Position numbers and translations under genes: made by a program. A DNA stretch of 64,000 nt from Eukaryota sp. GEM-RC1 (Eukaryota), in contig JAUFOQ010000016.1 in NCBI GenBank assembly GCA_040285855.1, positions 3,472,001-3,536,000 on the forward strand. Direction: 5' to 3'. The notes below the pieces were generated by a model. That model ran no database searches. It saw only the letters and a list, made by a program, of their open reading frames with translations, and was not told the DNA's origin. Of the stretch, positions 24,770 to 38,844 are shown piece after piece. The number at the start of each line of letters is the position of its first letter. The stretch's first letter is position 1.

Positions 24770-26029
24770 TTAAATAAGTAAATCTGTTACATCCTTTTGA
24801 AGATAAAACAAAAGGTAAATATTTTCTACATTCCAAAAATTGTTACCTGCTATACTAATTTTTTCGTCGTCAGCATAATACCATTGTTGACTTTGCTTGA
24901 AAAACGTAACATAATGACCTGTGTGAAGAGAGCTGCCACGGTGGCAGATAACAGCTATTAGATCATAATGGAACTGGTCTAACTCTAGAAATTCTTGAAC
25001 TTCAACAATGGAAGAATTTTTTTGAACTGAATTCTTTTTCATTATTGTGAAGCGTTTTAATTGAATTGTCAATATCCGTGGATATTTTCTTAATGAGATT
25101 GTTTTTTTAAAAAAACTATCTTGGGAACAATGGAAACACTGTAGAGAAGATTTCTGCAAATTTAAAAGTTCCGGATTAAAATAATTAGAAATACAATTTG
25201 ATAAAGAATTTCGTTCGGAATTCTCAAGTGAAAGTGATAGGTCAAAAAGGGCTCAAAATTAGTCGTGATTGTAGCAGAACAGTTACAACAAATTATTGAA
25301 GAAACAAGTTCCCCTGCAAAATAACGATGAACAAAACACTTGCATTCAGAACTGTCTTCATCTAGACTCAAGTTATCGTGCAAGATATTTAAAATATTTA
25401 AAAAGTACTCGTGTGCATCGTGTTGACGATAACCCTGTAGAGATGGCATAAGTTGCCAACTTTTTGAAGTAATTCACTTGGAATTATAGGTAGATTATAG
25501 GATATATCAGGAGCTAACTTTGCTTGAATGAAACTGTCTAGTTGACAAGCCATGCAACAAGAATTTGAACAATTCACAGGGGGATGTCCTTCAGAAAGGA
25601 AGAAGTTTAAAACTGGAGGAAGAGAGAAGAAGGACTGAAGCACGCACGAGATGTAACAAGATTGGCCAAGATTGACAATGCCCCTGGGGTATGTTGAGAG
25701 AGAGAATTTGGAGTAGAATGAATCAAGAATAAAGGAGAAAAACTCTTGTAAAGAAGAATTAGAACTGATCCTGGCTATTGAAGAGTTATGTATAACATAA
25801 CACATTGAAGAGTGGAGGAAGAGAGAATGACCAGTAGTAGACAAGTGGCGTCGGCAAGAGGAAGTACATCCGATGAAGTAACAATGAGTACATATAAAGA
25901 GTTCCTCAGAAAGGGCAGAACAACAAGAGCAACAAAAACAAGATTCTTTGGTATCGATCCAATGTTTTGATATGCCAGATAAAGTAGAGGTAGATGAAGT
26001 TGATCAGGGGAGATGTTTAAAAGAGACAT
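24770..26029 (-). CDS. Ubiquitin-specific protease (C19; Ubp8/USP22-like), frameshifted at homopolymers
   Basis: Cys box GIVNLGQSCYISCVLQ, QHDAHEY, QLKRF, His box HRG...GHY, YADD; Cys/His-rich N-terminus. Confidence 0.85.
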
Positions 26030-26274
26030 CACAACATTGGGGATAAAACCACAAAATTACTTTTATTTGAATACATGGGTAAGAATCGTTGATTGGCTCA
26101 ATTTAAGACATTGGAATTGGCATTGGTTGAATACCAATCATTGGAATTGGCAATCAATTCAATTTTTAAAGACATTTTCTAGATTCCAAACACACTTTTT
26201 GTCTTATTATAATGTGTATTTTTGTACCCTCCATCAATAAACTGTTTTTTGCTTTTTGTCTAAAGCCAATATAT

Positions 26275-27140
26275 GGAACAAAAACATTAAAATAAACACA
26301 AATACTAGAACTCAATATCATTAAAGCAACAGTCACTGCCATTAAAACTCACATCAGCTTTTTTCTTCATAAAAATACTGCGAGCTAATACAGCTTTTGA
26401 AATCATGATAGGAACGGTTTTAAATATTGTAAAAACAATACGATTCATCCAAAACTTGAAATCAAATTTCTTGTTCATTCTTTTTTTGACCACTTTCTCA
26501 AAATCGGAGAGAAAACAAAGAGCATCTCTTCCAAGTCGACCATAAATTGAAATTGCAAAAGGACATAATTTGTACTTGCTGAAAAATCAAGTGGAGACAC
26601 CTCATTGTTAGCCCCCTTAAATGCCTCTTTTTGCAAACAACCACAGTAATCACATAAACAGCCGTTAGTTCATCATTGAGTGATGGAACGATGACATCAG
26701 CTGTTCTTTACCAAAAGTCTTATCAGAAACACTATTTTTTAAAAATTATTGATTTCCAGTGATCTCAACAGTGGCTCAACGAGATTCGATTTTGTAGGAC
26801 TTACACATGGCATGAATTTGATCTCTGACAGCATCATGCATACACGTTCGATAAGTTATGTAGCGATAACAACTAAACAGATGAGAAAATGTACAGCTAC
26901 ATTGAAGATCATTTGGCAAATTATGTGGCCATAAATAACAACGAAGTCTCATTGTGGTGGTCCATTGATGATCATTTAATAATAAACCATATACTTGTGG
27001 AATTCGATTAATTAATGACAGCAGAACTCTCCTTTAAATCAATTAAAAAATTACCGAAAGCTGGATTTTTTCCCCCAGCCGAGCTAAGCAGACTGTAAAA
27101 TCTAAAATTTCAACATATTTTAATAAATGATTTTGTAGCA
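26275..27140 (-). mobile_element. Family C fragment, degenerate
   Basis: Matches 9600-10350. Confidence 0.8.
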
Positions 27141-27574
27141 TTTTTAAAGCAAACTTTAAAGACAAAATAACTGTCAATCGATCAACCCAATTACGAAAAG
27201 TAGTTACCAAACAACTTGGCTAAAATAAAATCAGGATGTTCGTGTATCAATTATAATAGCGAAAAGGAACATATCGTTCTCCAAAACATCACCGTTGAGC
27301 TTCGAATTTTTTGGAAATGGAAAAACTCCTTAGTATAACAAACACATCTTTTCCGTAATCAGTTGGTGTACTATGCTAATATGTCTTTGTTAGGAGCAGC
27401 TGCTGTTTAGGTGTTTTTGATTGGACACAAACTGTGTTTTGTTGTAAAGAAAGTCTTTTAATAGAATGAATTTGATCAGGACTAGGAAAAATTGCATTAC
27501 CAATTAATTAATTAATTGCGATAAGTTATTGGTCTAAAAATGTGAAACCAATTAATTGAGCAATTAATTGCATT

Positions 27575-27770
27575 AAGAGATTTAACTTATCAATTTGGCA
27601 TAACCGTTTGATTTTTTCTTTGTTCCGTTCGGTGCCTAAGTTCTTTAAATCAATTTTCACAAAGTTGTATAAAAACTGTGGTACTGTTGACCAGGAATTT
27701 TCGGTGTCTAGTGTTTCATAGCTTTTATTATGATATGTATTTTTGTACCCTCCATCAATAAACTGTCTTT
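27575..27770 (+). mobile_element. Family H retrotransposon 3' end
   Basis: WHNRLIFSLFRSVPKFFKSIFTKLY; 3' UTR GTACCCTCCATCAATAAAC also at about 26220 and 40925. Confidence 0.7.
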
Positions 27771-28219
27771 TTATTAATTGCATTTATTATAGATGTTTCA
27801 AATGCACGTATAGAATAGAAATTATACACTGTATTTTAGCTGATCAAGAGCTCTAAAACCACTTTTCCTTGTTCACAGACACTTCTTTATTTCCTAATCC
27901 TGATCTCTCTGATTACGAAACACGTGTTAATCGTAGTAAACAAGATTCTTTGTATCGATTCAATTTGATATCTTGTTTGCTATCATGACTTCTGTATCTA
28001 GCGCTTTATTATCTCTTGGCAGACATTCTGAGGATAAGCTATGTCAGAATTTCCAGTTAGGCAATCTGGACTTTGAGGATATTGATTATTAGATGTATGT
28101 ACACTGTAGTGTTGTTTTCAATAAAACCCTTTTAAATAAATGTTTAATATATAATTGTCTCAAAATTAATAAAATTAATAAAAATACAACTACTACTTAG
28201 ACTTCAACACAACAACAAA

Positions 28220-29685
28220 ATGTTTATTCCGTACTCAATAAGAGAGATACATACCTTCCTACATAACTATGAAATTGTAAAAACAAACAAATAATACTAA
28301 GATTAAATCCAAACGACGGTAAAAGATTACGTTTTTAAACATTAACCTTCACACCAAACTTGTACAATTTCTGAATTGATCGGCAGAAATAGAAAGGCAT
28401 TTTCGATATATGGAAAACACTATACGGTTTTTCCATTCAGCTATTCTAAACTAACGCTTCTTTTCTTTACACAGTTCTTCGAAATCCTTGAAAAATTGAT
28501 CACCAGCAGGACTAATAGATCCAAAAAGAGAAACAGCAAAAGGTTGAAACATAAATTTGGAATATGAGTTTCGATGGAATTCTTTTACTTGAGAGTTATA
28601 CTTGGAGTGGTTGAGCTTTTCAGCAGCTGTTAACGCATTAAAAGAAGAATCTAATATCCTACTAACACAAGATTTGTTACATACATCTACTGTAGTAAAA
28701 TCCATTAATGATTGACTCGATGTAAGCCACGGAGTATGTAGATCACCTCTTTTTGATCAGTAAATTCATTTTCTGAAAGATGATTCAAAACTGGTTCAAC
28801 TTTAGAGTGAAAACCATGTGCTTTAAACATGGAATAACAAGAATCACGTACACCATCGTGAATTACTGCACTTAAATGAATAAAATAACGACAATAAATT
28901 AAATGACGAAAAACACCATTAGCTCCACAAGAGCAAGTTGAATAGTTTAATAAATTTGCAAGCCAAATAGCCAAACGAAGACGCACATTGATCATTCAAG
29001 CTTCATCAGATAGATGTAATCCATACACCTTTGGAATTTGAGAAATAGATCCAAAAGGTCCACTATTACAAAGGTCCATTAAAAAAGCAGCGAACTCCGG
29101 AATATTAGTTTTAGCCAAGCTAATACGATTATTAAAGTCCAAGAGTTCAAACTCCTTTGTCAATTTAGCAGTTTACGTACAGCAAATGGTAGAGATGAAA
29201 TATTGTTTAAAGGAGTCTCCTTCAAATGAGCAGGGAACAAAGATTCCCACATTTCATGAGACGAAGATGATACCAAATCTTTAGCAGATTGAATCCAGCG
29301 ACAATTACTGGAATTCAACATATTGATTCCATCCAATGGAAACCGTTTTAAAAATTCAAACATAAAATTTTTAACACCTTCTAAAAGAGGAGATTTTCCG
29401 ATGGTTTTTGCATGGGTGAAACCTACCCCTGCGAATTCAGAAGAATTAAAAGCATGACATGGAATCTTAGTCTCATCAATTTCAGCCAAGTTAGAAAGAA
29501 AATTTGTTCTAATAGAATTAAGTCGCTTGGCAAATGTTTCAGTAAGGGATTAGTCTAATGAACGTAAAAAATGATTGATGTTCCCGGAAAAACAGACCTG
29601 AAGCATAGCAAAGGAAACATGTTTACTCACATCTAAAGATAATATTTGATTTAGTTTTTCTTCAATGGAAGTCAATGAACCCTCC
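28220..29685 (-). mobile_element. Family B copy, 5'-truncated and degenerate
   Basis: Colinear with 5290-6765. Confidence 0.88.
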
Positions 29686-30155
29686 AAGACTACATCTGTT
29701 AAGCTTTACTAGCCAGGCTGTGAGTTCCTTTTACGCACAAAGCTGTTGTAAGATTTGATAGCGACGGGTGTTGTTTTAGTGGTGTTCCCATCAACTCTTA
29801 CCTTGACTTTGACATGCAACTACGATGCATTGGTTGTACCTACTTTCAAAATCGTTCAACGTCTATTTTACATAAAAAAGTCTACATCCTGATATGATAA
29901 ACGACGATAAAATACAAGAAGAAACAATGCTTAATTTCATTTATAAACAAAGTTCCATTATTTAATGAGTCCTCAATACTCAACCTCAGAAGAGAATTAG
30001 ACATTGTCCAGTTATTAAGACTTTTAATGTTACAGTATAAGTGACAAACATAAAATCAAAAAATCTTTTCTGAAATCGTTTTGGCTTTACACTATTGACT
30101 ATTTTAAGGACAACACGTGGTTTCATTAAAACCACTAGTTGATCCACTAGTGGTT

Positions 30156-31711
30156 TCATTGGAACCAATAAATAAAGGACCAGCAATAAAGCAACATAAA
30201 ATGACAGAAACAAAAACTTGATAGCAGAAAAGACCAAAGATACGGATATTCAACTGGCGGTGGAACAAAGAGCAGAAGGAAGTGCAACAAAACAAGTACT
30301 ACTAAAGATGCAGAAATAAAAAACAAAAAAATAAAAAGTGAAAAGGATTTTGGTTGCTTCAGAGACTTAACAAAAGTAATGACGTGGCAGGTCAAGACAA
30401 CTAAAAATATTGAAAAAGCACAAAAATATTGGGTCTGAAGCCCATCTCTAAACAAAAGAGGAAACAATGAGCTCAAGACAACAATATTTAAAAATGTACA
30501 AAGTAAATTTGACAGCGGTGTTCCCAATGATAAAAAAGCCAAAGAATAAGGAATTACGAATAACAGTGCAGTTTTTTCATGAATTTGAAATCCAAAAAGG
30601 AATGGTCCAAGAGAAATTTGACCAAAACAGATTAAACAAAGATAAATTTTAGAATATGAATACTGCCGTTCTTTTTGTATAAATTGGAACAAAAATATAA
30701 TGGGTGATAAGATCGACAAAAATGAAAAAACCGAAGAAATTTTAAAGAGAATCATCTTATTTTCATAAAAATGATCCAAAAAAGGACCTAAAGAAGACCA
30801 GAAGTTAGCAACTCTTTCCTCATAAACACCTCTAGTAACTGGAAAAACACGTTGAAACACGTGTGGTAGGACGTTTTTGGTAGAACAAAGGGACAAAGAA
30901 GAACAAAAAAAGACAAAAACGTAGAAGTAGAAATAATAAAAAAATAAGTGAAATTAATTTTGGTAAAACTACCTTTAAAACAAATACTAAGAAGTGTAAT
31001 AAAGAAAAAGGGAGCGTGTATAAGTTCCATTTGTTTATAAGAAAGTGACAGGACAAAGGACACAGATGAGAAACAAAGGTAAACAGAATTATTGTTTTGA
31101 AAATACTCAAACATAAACCAAAGAGAAAAAAGACAGAGACCAATAGAGAAATTATTGAATTGGAAATGGCCTGAATCGATTAAAAGTAATGATGGGTTTA
31201 AAAAGACGAAGACAAAGACATGGTAGAAATTAAAACAAAACATTCTTGCAAGAAGAAAACTTACTGGTAACAGGATTAAAACATCTACGAGGAGAACCAT
31301 TAACCTCATGAACAACTTAGTTTCGTAACTTTGACTTCCCCTTGAGGACAACAGAGCAACTGTATCAGGACAAAAGATCTGAGAAAGCTTTCCACAGAGA
31401 TATGAGTGATAAGCAGTTAAAGGGGGATAATCCAAACCCCAGTAGTTAAGATCGTTCAACGAGGAGTTGGTATACCACTCACTGATAGGGAGATTAACCG
31501 TGATTTCCATCCAATGGCGTTGAGCTTCGAAGTCACCATAGATAGGTGGATTATCATGGCCTGAGAAAGACCCGAAACCGATCATGAATTTAAGAGAAAT
31601 CGATAGTAAGCATATTGACGCGAATACGAGAGGAGAAAAAGATTGACAAGCAGAAGATGAGCCAGAATAGTTATATTTGGAAACTAGAAGTGCCCAAAGA
31701 GAGGAAATCAT
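30156..31711 (-). CDS. ALG6: Dol-P-Glc:Man9GlcNAc2-PP-Dol alpha-1,3-glucosyltransferase, 1 frameshift near 30875
   Basis: GDFEAQRHWMEIT, YWGLDYPPLTAYHS, LIDSGHFQFN, YKQM, RVFPVTRG, FQIHEK. Confidence 0.92.
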
Positions 31712-31773
31712 TAAGGCTGGTCGATTTGTTACACCACTTTGATCACTTCAGATCTTGAGCATTGATCATCTCA

Positions 31774-32205
31774 ATGCGCGAGCTGTACTTTGCCAATAGT
31801 ACATGTAAGCATTGGAGTCTACGTACAGCATGTGATTTCCTACACACAAAGAGTGACTCGCTTAGTGTCTCTCTTCTTAAAATTACCGATATACTTATGA
31901 AAGGTGAAGTTGTGGAGCTTCATCACGCTCGCTCTCTTCTACATCTTGATTCTTCTGTTCCCGAATCAGAAGTCATTGATGTTCTTGTTAGTCACCTTCC
32001 TCTTTATGTTTATAGAGACCATCCCGATGTAGATTTCCTAATACTTCCAACTGATCCTCTGGAAATCATCAATATAGTTTCTGAAACATTTAAACAAAAG
32101 GTTTCTCTGGAAGGATCTAATGCGAGAGGAACCTATACTTGTGGCTTATGTGGAGTCTCTGGACACACTAAACCTACATGTCCTAGACTGTCAGAATTAG
32201 GCTGA
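31774..32205 (+). CDS. Hypothetical protein with a C-terminal CCHC zinc knuckle
   Basis: YTCGLCGVSGHTKPTC. Confidence 0.6.
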   Translation: MRELYFANSTCKHWSLRTACDFLHTKSDSLSVSLLKITDILMKGEVVELHHARSLLHLDSSVPESEVIDVLVSHLPLYVYRDHPDVDFLILPTDPLEIINIVSETFKQKVSLEGSNARGTYTCGLCGVSGHTKPTCPRLSELG

Positions 32206-32355
32206 GTTTTGAACTAGTATCCTTTATCTAGGAGACTTTTGGAAGTAGGAAGACGAGCTTTTACTGGGATTCCACTGGTCTTTTGGTGTTTAGTATTAAT
32301 TGGAACTGTAATATTATTGTATTTTTGTTTTATTCTCGCCATTTGTTTGTTAATA

Positions 32356-34379
32356 TCATTCTAAATGCAATTTTTGTCTAAAGTCGCAGTATTTAGGGAT
32401 TTTAAAAGCATTTTCAGGTAGTTGTGAATGGTCTGAAAAAACAACACAATCAGCACCATCACAGGATTCAATTAAAAATGATTGGTAGAAACACAGAGAA
32501 ATTCCTTCAAAAACGTACTGCTCACACGGAACTTCGTTGATTATTTTTGAGCCTTTAAACGTCATCAATGAATGAAACCTTCTAGATTTGATCCAGGCAA
32601 CCTGTGACGTCTCGGGATATACGTAACAGTCATTATTTGGATAAGTAACAAAGTGGCGGTCATTCTTAAGCAAATGTCGGTAAATTTTAGACTCAATTGA
32701 AAAATTATAGGAGGAAAATCCGTTGATTATGTCCATATTGTAATAGAAATGCTGTCCCGTAGATGAAGTCAAAAGCGAATTAAACTCCATTAATTGAATG
32801 AAAGGGCAGTGAAAATTTAAGGAAAAAACGTCATCATCAAGATGAATTGAGCGGTGATTGCGGAATTCAATCAAATCTAAACAATCAATGACGTCATTTC
32901 GACCTTTTGATCTTTTGAAGTCAAAACAATACCCAAAAATATATCCAGAATTTGCAAGACAAATGTAGTTGTTATTTGATTTGTACCATGAGCAGATTCC
33001 AGATGAAAGAGTTTGTTCACCCAAATATTCCGATTCGAATCCTATTTTTAAAAATGATGGTTTCAGAAATTTGGAAGGACTGACATCAACAGAATTAATG
33101 GAAACTCCAGTGTCGATAGAACAAATCGATTGACCGACATGATAAAGATCACCCTGGTGGGAACTAGAAGGATATACGGAATTGTGGTCAAAATACAGGA
33201 AACCGCTGGAAACGTCATCATTGAAGAATTCAGTATATAATAGGAATTTTTGTAAATTATAAAAATAATGAATATTGGAATTATTTTCATTAAAGTCCAT
33301 GGAGAAGGCCTGTTTTTGAAAACAAAGTGGGGGAACTTTAAAATATTTTGAAGATATTTCAGAATGTGAATCAAAGAAAGACATCTGTTTTCTTCCAAAT
33401 CACAAGCTTCAATAAGAAAACCATTGTTAAAGCAAGCGGATACAAAATGTCGATGATTTACATAATTTGAGCATCGGGTTTGGTTCACCCATTTGAATTC
33501 TTTAAAAGAAAATTCAAAGTTAAACTTCCTCAAATTGATCCAGTTAATATCATCAAGAGAATCTTCACGAATGCATTGGCCATCATTAAACGTGATATAA
33601 TGACCTTCATGACGTGTTAAATGATGAACATCTGAAAAGTCGACAGTTTTCCTGATATAAAACATCATATCCTGATCTAAATCCATTTGAAAGTACGAGA
33701 AAGTGTTTCTGCCATCATAAATTGCACTGGAAAAAGAGGTCTGTTGAAAGGAAGAACACATAGGAAAGAAAACGTCATCACCCGCAGTCAAAACCTTGTG
33801 ATTGACGAACTCCCGAAGAGCTGAACAATGCTCATCATTTGGATTTTTCAAATGACAAACACCATATATCATACCAGTATCAGAAAGACACACTTTTAAG
33901 TATTCTTTGTGAAAGAAAGTACAACTTCCTGCTAGAAGTCCAGTACTAGAATCCACAGTCCACGTATCATCTATCAAGAGATTGTCTGGATGGATCACGA
34001 ACTCGGGAAGAGATGGATGGGCGTAACATATGTCGTAACCAACATGCAGTGTTTCGTCAGAATAAGCATTATAGTAGAGTGAAGATGGAATGGAGTTTGA
34101 TGACGATTTTGAATCTTTGATCAAAACAATTCTTGATTCAAGACTATATGACAGAGTTTTGCCATTGGACACCTCTTCCATTGAGAACACGGAATGTTGT
34201 TCATTGGGAGGATTGTGGAAAAGAATGATTATGGTCAACAGGACCAACATTGATATCGTTCCGAGAAGAAGCAAAAGCAACAATCTTCTGGAGATCTTGG
34301 CCTTCATCTGGTTGTTCTTTACGTTGATGTACATGTTGATGATAAGGAAGAATCTACAGTAGAGATACTCTACGACCAT
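32356..34379 (-). CDS. Uncharacterised membrane-anchored Cys-patterned protein with an internal duplication, 1 frameshift near 33380
   Basis: N-terminal hydrophobic anchor; two halves share HVG..IC, G.C, CL..SG/TG.I.G.C, EF.NH....DDVF, Y.MD, FLIE.CD. Confidence 0.75.
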
Positions 34380-34454
34380 TCTTTGTTGTCATAAAAATGA
34401 CAAAACCAAGAACAACAATCAGAGATGTTACTTTGTTAGTGTTATGTTCATAAC

Positions 34455-34995
34455 AACGGGGTTTATGATCAATCAGTGAAATAAATGCATTTGCAGAAGT
34501 TAATAACTAACAGACACCAACTAAAGTATCTAAACTATAATCCTTCTGTCCATCACCGAACAACTTACCTAAAATTGAATTAAAATATCTGTGCATTGAA
34601 CGAAACAACGCAAACGTTAACCTACTCAACCAAAAATTTTCATTGAAAACTTTACCATACTCAGACCACAATTTACCAAAGGAAGTTAAAAAACCTTGTG
34701 CAGCTGGTCCAATATCACCGTATATCTACATCGCAAAAGGTTGAAACACAAAAGAATTGTACCTGTCAACATTCAAGTGGTTAATTAAGTGACAGTACTT
34801 TGTATTTTTTCCTTTTTCAGCCACTTCAAGAGCAGAAAAATCATTATCAAAAATTTTGGAAATTGATCTTGAATTACAAGGATCAACAGTCGTGAAATCC
34901 ATGATAATTTCCTGACAAGATAACCAAGGACCTCACCACGACGTCTATCAACTTTTGGCTGATCAGAAAGATTAGCAAGTAAAGGTTCAATTTTT
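34455..34995 (-). mobile_element. Family E 3' fragment
   Basis: Matches 40500-40850 and 62515-62780. Confidence 0.82.
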
Positions 34996-35391
34996 ATTTT
35001 TATGTTCATTAATTGATTGTTTACCATTACACTGACTTTCAAATTCTATCGGTGTGCACCAGTGTTTACTTTAAGTTTGTTTGTCGCGTGACTTCTCGTG
35101 ACTTCTCACTACCTCGCGTGACTTCGTAATACTTCGCTTGCGAGCCTTCAAGTTTTTCTTTTAATTTAGTTTCTTTTTGTGTGGTTGTCATAAAACATAG
35201 ACTTCCGTTTTTACTATTTATAATAATTAGACAGTAATGAATTAGAAATCGTGTCATTAAACTGAGAAACTGAGAAACACAATACTATGCTTGACATCCT
35301 TTGATCATTCTAGAGCAACAGTTCAGAAATAACATAACATTGAGCTAAAATCACGATTGCTATTTCTTTTTTTATTATCTTGAAAAACAAT

Positions 35392-37856
35392 CTAAACAAT
35401 ACCTAATTGAACGGGATCATGGCCTTCTTGCCATCGCCAAACGGATCCATCATCTTTGGTATAAATCAAATTATCTCCCTCAAATTCAATTTTAACTAGC
35501 GGAGAATCTAAAATTCTCTCTGGAATATGAGAATCTTCTAAACTTTCAGTAAAAATCTTACATTTTCCCCAACAATAACCGGTTCCATCTCCATCAATAA
35601 CAGCAACTGACATTGATCCAGCAACTAAAAATTGAAAATTTGGAACATTTTGAATTATAACAGGATCGGCAGACCACAGTAAATCCATTGGAGAAGAACC
35701 CAATACACCTTCAATATTTTTCCAAAACCATATAGCTCATTACCGTCTCCACTCAATGAAAACTGATTGCTGGCAAAGAAGAAGTCGTTGGAAGTCAACG
35801 GAACACGTGATGGAGAAGTGATGACGTCTCGATGTCCCAGCCCACATTCCCCAAAAGAATTGCTGCCCCAACAATAGAGATCACTTCCACCTCTAACCAA
35901 CACGTGTTGATGATGCGACGAAATTTGATCGACAGAAAGTGGCAAGTCGATAAGAACAGGAGACATTGTAAGGGGATCATCAATCAATAACTGATTTTCT
36001 TGATTACTGCCCCAACCCCAAACCCTTCCTGAAGAATCCAATGCAAAACTACTATGTTGACCTGCTTGAATTTGAAGAAAACGTTCAGTAATAGGAAAAA
36101 CAACTCCTACAAAATGCTGTTGTTGAACTCTAGATCCATCTCCCAGCTGCCCATATCGGTTCCATCCACTAGAAGATATAGTAAGATTCTGGTTTAATAC
36201 AAGGACATGACCATCACCAACTGACACGTCACCAACTCCATCACTTAGCAGTCTAGGAAAAGAGATCTCCCAATTGCCTGAGGCTAATTCTCCATCATAA
36301 TTGAAGCCATATCCATAGAAAGAGCGGGTAAGGGAAACCAAAATCACGTGATCAAGGCCAAGGCTGACGTGATGGGGCTGCTCAAAATTTAAAATTTGAA
36401 CAGGATTTGGAGAATTGGAATATACACCAGCCCCAAGCAAATTCCATTCTCCTGATGAAAACACTTGACCATTAGAATTGACTAAAACAGTGATTTTGCC
36501 TGCAAAAACACTCACTACGTCATCAACAGCAGTAATTTCAGACGGGTGACTGAACAGACTTGTAAATCCCAACATAAGCTGACCCTGGTAATTTGTTCCA
36601 AAAGACACCGCCCTCATGTCTTCTCTTAGGACAACTGAATGAGTAACACCAGCAGATATTGAAATCCAAGAGAAATCTTTTAGCACGTGTTGAGGTTGAT
36701 TGAAATGCTCACGTGATTGAGTTCCTAACTGACCAAAATGATTGGCCCCAAAAGCAAAGAGATCACCACTTTCAGTAAGAGCAAGTGAGTGCCAGGAACC
36801 AGTTGAAATCATAGTAACGTTAGAAAGCCCATCAATTTTGATTGGAGTCTCGTCATCAACATAATTCCCACGTCCTAATTGACCATTAGAATTAGATCCA
36901 AATGAAAAGACATCTCCTTCAGAATCTAAAGCCAAAACATGGCCATAACCAGCAGATATTTGAATAATGTCAGTCAATTCGGATATTCGGCTTGGAATCT
37001 GCGTGTGAGTTGTCCAAGAAAACACGTGACCAGTGCTTCTGACAGCGTAAGAAAAGCCATCAGATCTAGCAGCAACATCAACAACTTGATCAATTCTGAT
37101 TGGAACAGGTACGTACGAGTGGGAATCAGCACGTGGAGCCGTGTTTCTTAACGTTCCAGAATGAAAAACACGACCGTTTGTAGTCAAAAAAACGTTATGA
37201 AAGTAAGATGAATCACATTTCAGAGCATTATCTAAACTAATTTGGAAAACTGTTTGATGATAAAAAGATGGCGGATAAGCGAGTTCTCCTCTTCGATTGG
37301 ATCCTAAAGCAAGTAACTCATTGGATAAAGTAAGTAGAAGGACGGAGTTCTGAGAAAAAGAAGTTTGTCGGGCACTGATAGTTTTGCTATTGTCGAAATT
37401 TTGGATGAAAAACGAAACATTGGGGATTTGTAATTCAATCACATCATTATTATTGACCTGATTTAATGACCCTTGCCGAGCTAAACGGAGAAGGAAATTC
37501 AGGTTGTTTTGCTTACCGTTGTTTGTCTTTGGCAGAATTACTTCATATTCTATTTTAAGAGTGGAAAGAATTCTGTCAATTTCAACTTGAAAAGCGGTGT
37601 CAAAGTCTTGATTATTGAGCTGATATGCAGTGATTCTGACTCTGGAAAAATCATGGGCAAGAACTACTGACACTGCCAGTTTTAAGTCATCAGAACGAGG
37701 GAAGAGAAGAACAAAAGCAATACCAAGAAGTAAGAAAAGGATCAGGGAAAGTGAAAGAGAAAGCTTCAATGCAGAACGTCCTTTTGCATGAGGAAGATTT
37801 AGAGTGGCAGAATGTCGGGAGGTGTGAAATCTCTCGTATAGAACACTATCAGACAT
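35392..37856 (-). CDS. Membrane-anchored RCC1/BLIP-II repeat protein, 1 frameshift near 35715
   Basis: Many ISAG..H.LAL...G.V..FG.N..GQLG repeats; N-terminal TM segment. Confidence 0.88.
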
Positions 37857-37955
37857 ACAACAAGAAGATACTAGAGAAGATATCGATCAGACATAGTGCT
37901 ATAGATGCTGTAAACGGGGGAAGATATCTTGGCAAGAAAAGATCCTCCACTACTA

Positions 37956-38556
37956 CACTGGTTTGTCTAATTAGTCTCACTGAGACTAATTTGCAAGGAA
38001 AGTTTTCATCATCAATTTTAGAATTAGTCTCACTGAGACTATTTATCTGATGAGACTAATTCAAAAGGTGAGACTAATTTCAAGAATACTTCACCATTGC
38101 TTATTACTATTCATTGCGAAAAACCATTGATCATTGATAATATGATTCTCATAAAAACAATCCGAGTATTTTCCATTATGTTTTTCAAAAACAAGGTACA
38201 TTTGAGTGATGCTTAATTGCTAAAACTGAGTCTACGTCTAGCTACAGCTTATCTAGTCGGTAATACCATCAGAATTCCAATTATCTTCGTCGGAAATACT
38301 AACAGCAGGGTTGTCAGGTTGAGGGATGCGTGCTTAAACGGAAACAGACACGGAAAGCTATTGGTTATGAAGAGACATGAGAGTAGTACTCAAAGATAGG
38401 ACATAGGAAAAACAAAAATAATAGAAATATACACAGAGTTTATTTGGATTATAGTCTCACTGACAAAATTTAAAGGTCAATTTTAGAATTAGTCTCACTG
38501 AGATTAAATTGCTGATGAGACTAATTAGCTGATGAGACTAATTAGACAAACCAGTG
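37956..38556. mobile_element. TA-TSD MITE (Tc1/mariner-type)
   Basis: TIRs CACTGGTTTGTCTAATTAGTCTCA; TA flanks; repeated palindromic ATTAGTCTCACTGAGACTAAT. Confidence 0.85.
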
Positions 38557-38844
38557 TAGTAGTAGTAGCTCAAACGCCAGATTTAATATTGTAACAATAT
38601 ATCGAATTTACAGTAGAACCACCTCGTTCATTCCGTATATAGAGTATACTCTGATGTGTGTAATTTAATGATACAGTAACATTGCGCGCACTCTCTTACG
38701 GGAAAACCCTCTTTACAAACATTTTTATAGGACGGTCACTTTTTGGGTTCGGCATAAAGCTTCAGTAAAATCCCCTTTGGATTTCTTTCTCCAATTTCTT
38801 GTGGAGCTAAAGGTGATTTCGTTAGATAATAATTTGCCGTTATT

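Noticed and set aside
35059..35150. CAGTGTT-initiated repeat patches (also near 61918, 18387, 38611) as complete DNA transposons
   Set aside because: No partner TIR or TSD found in the window
37948..38562. CACTA-superfamily assignment
   Set aside because: The right end lacks TAGTG and there is no 3-bp TSD; the related copy shows plain TA flanks
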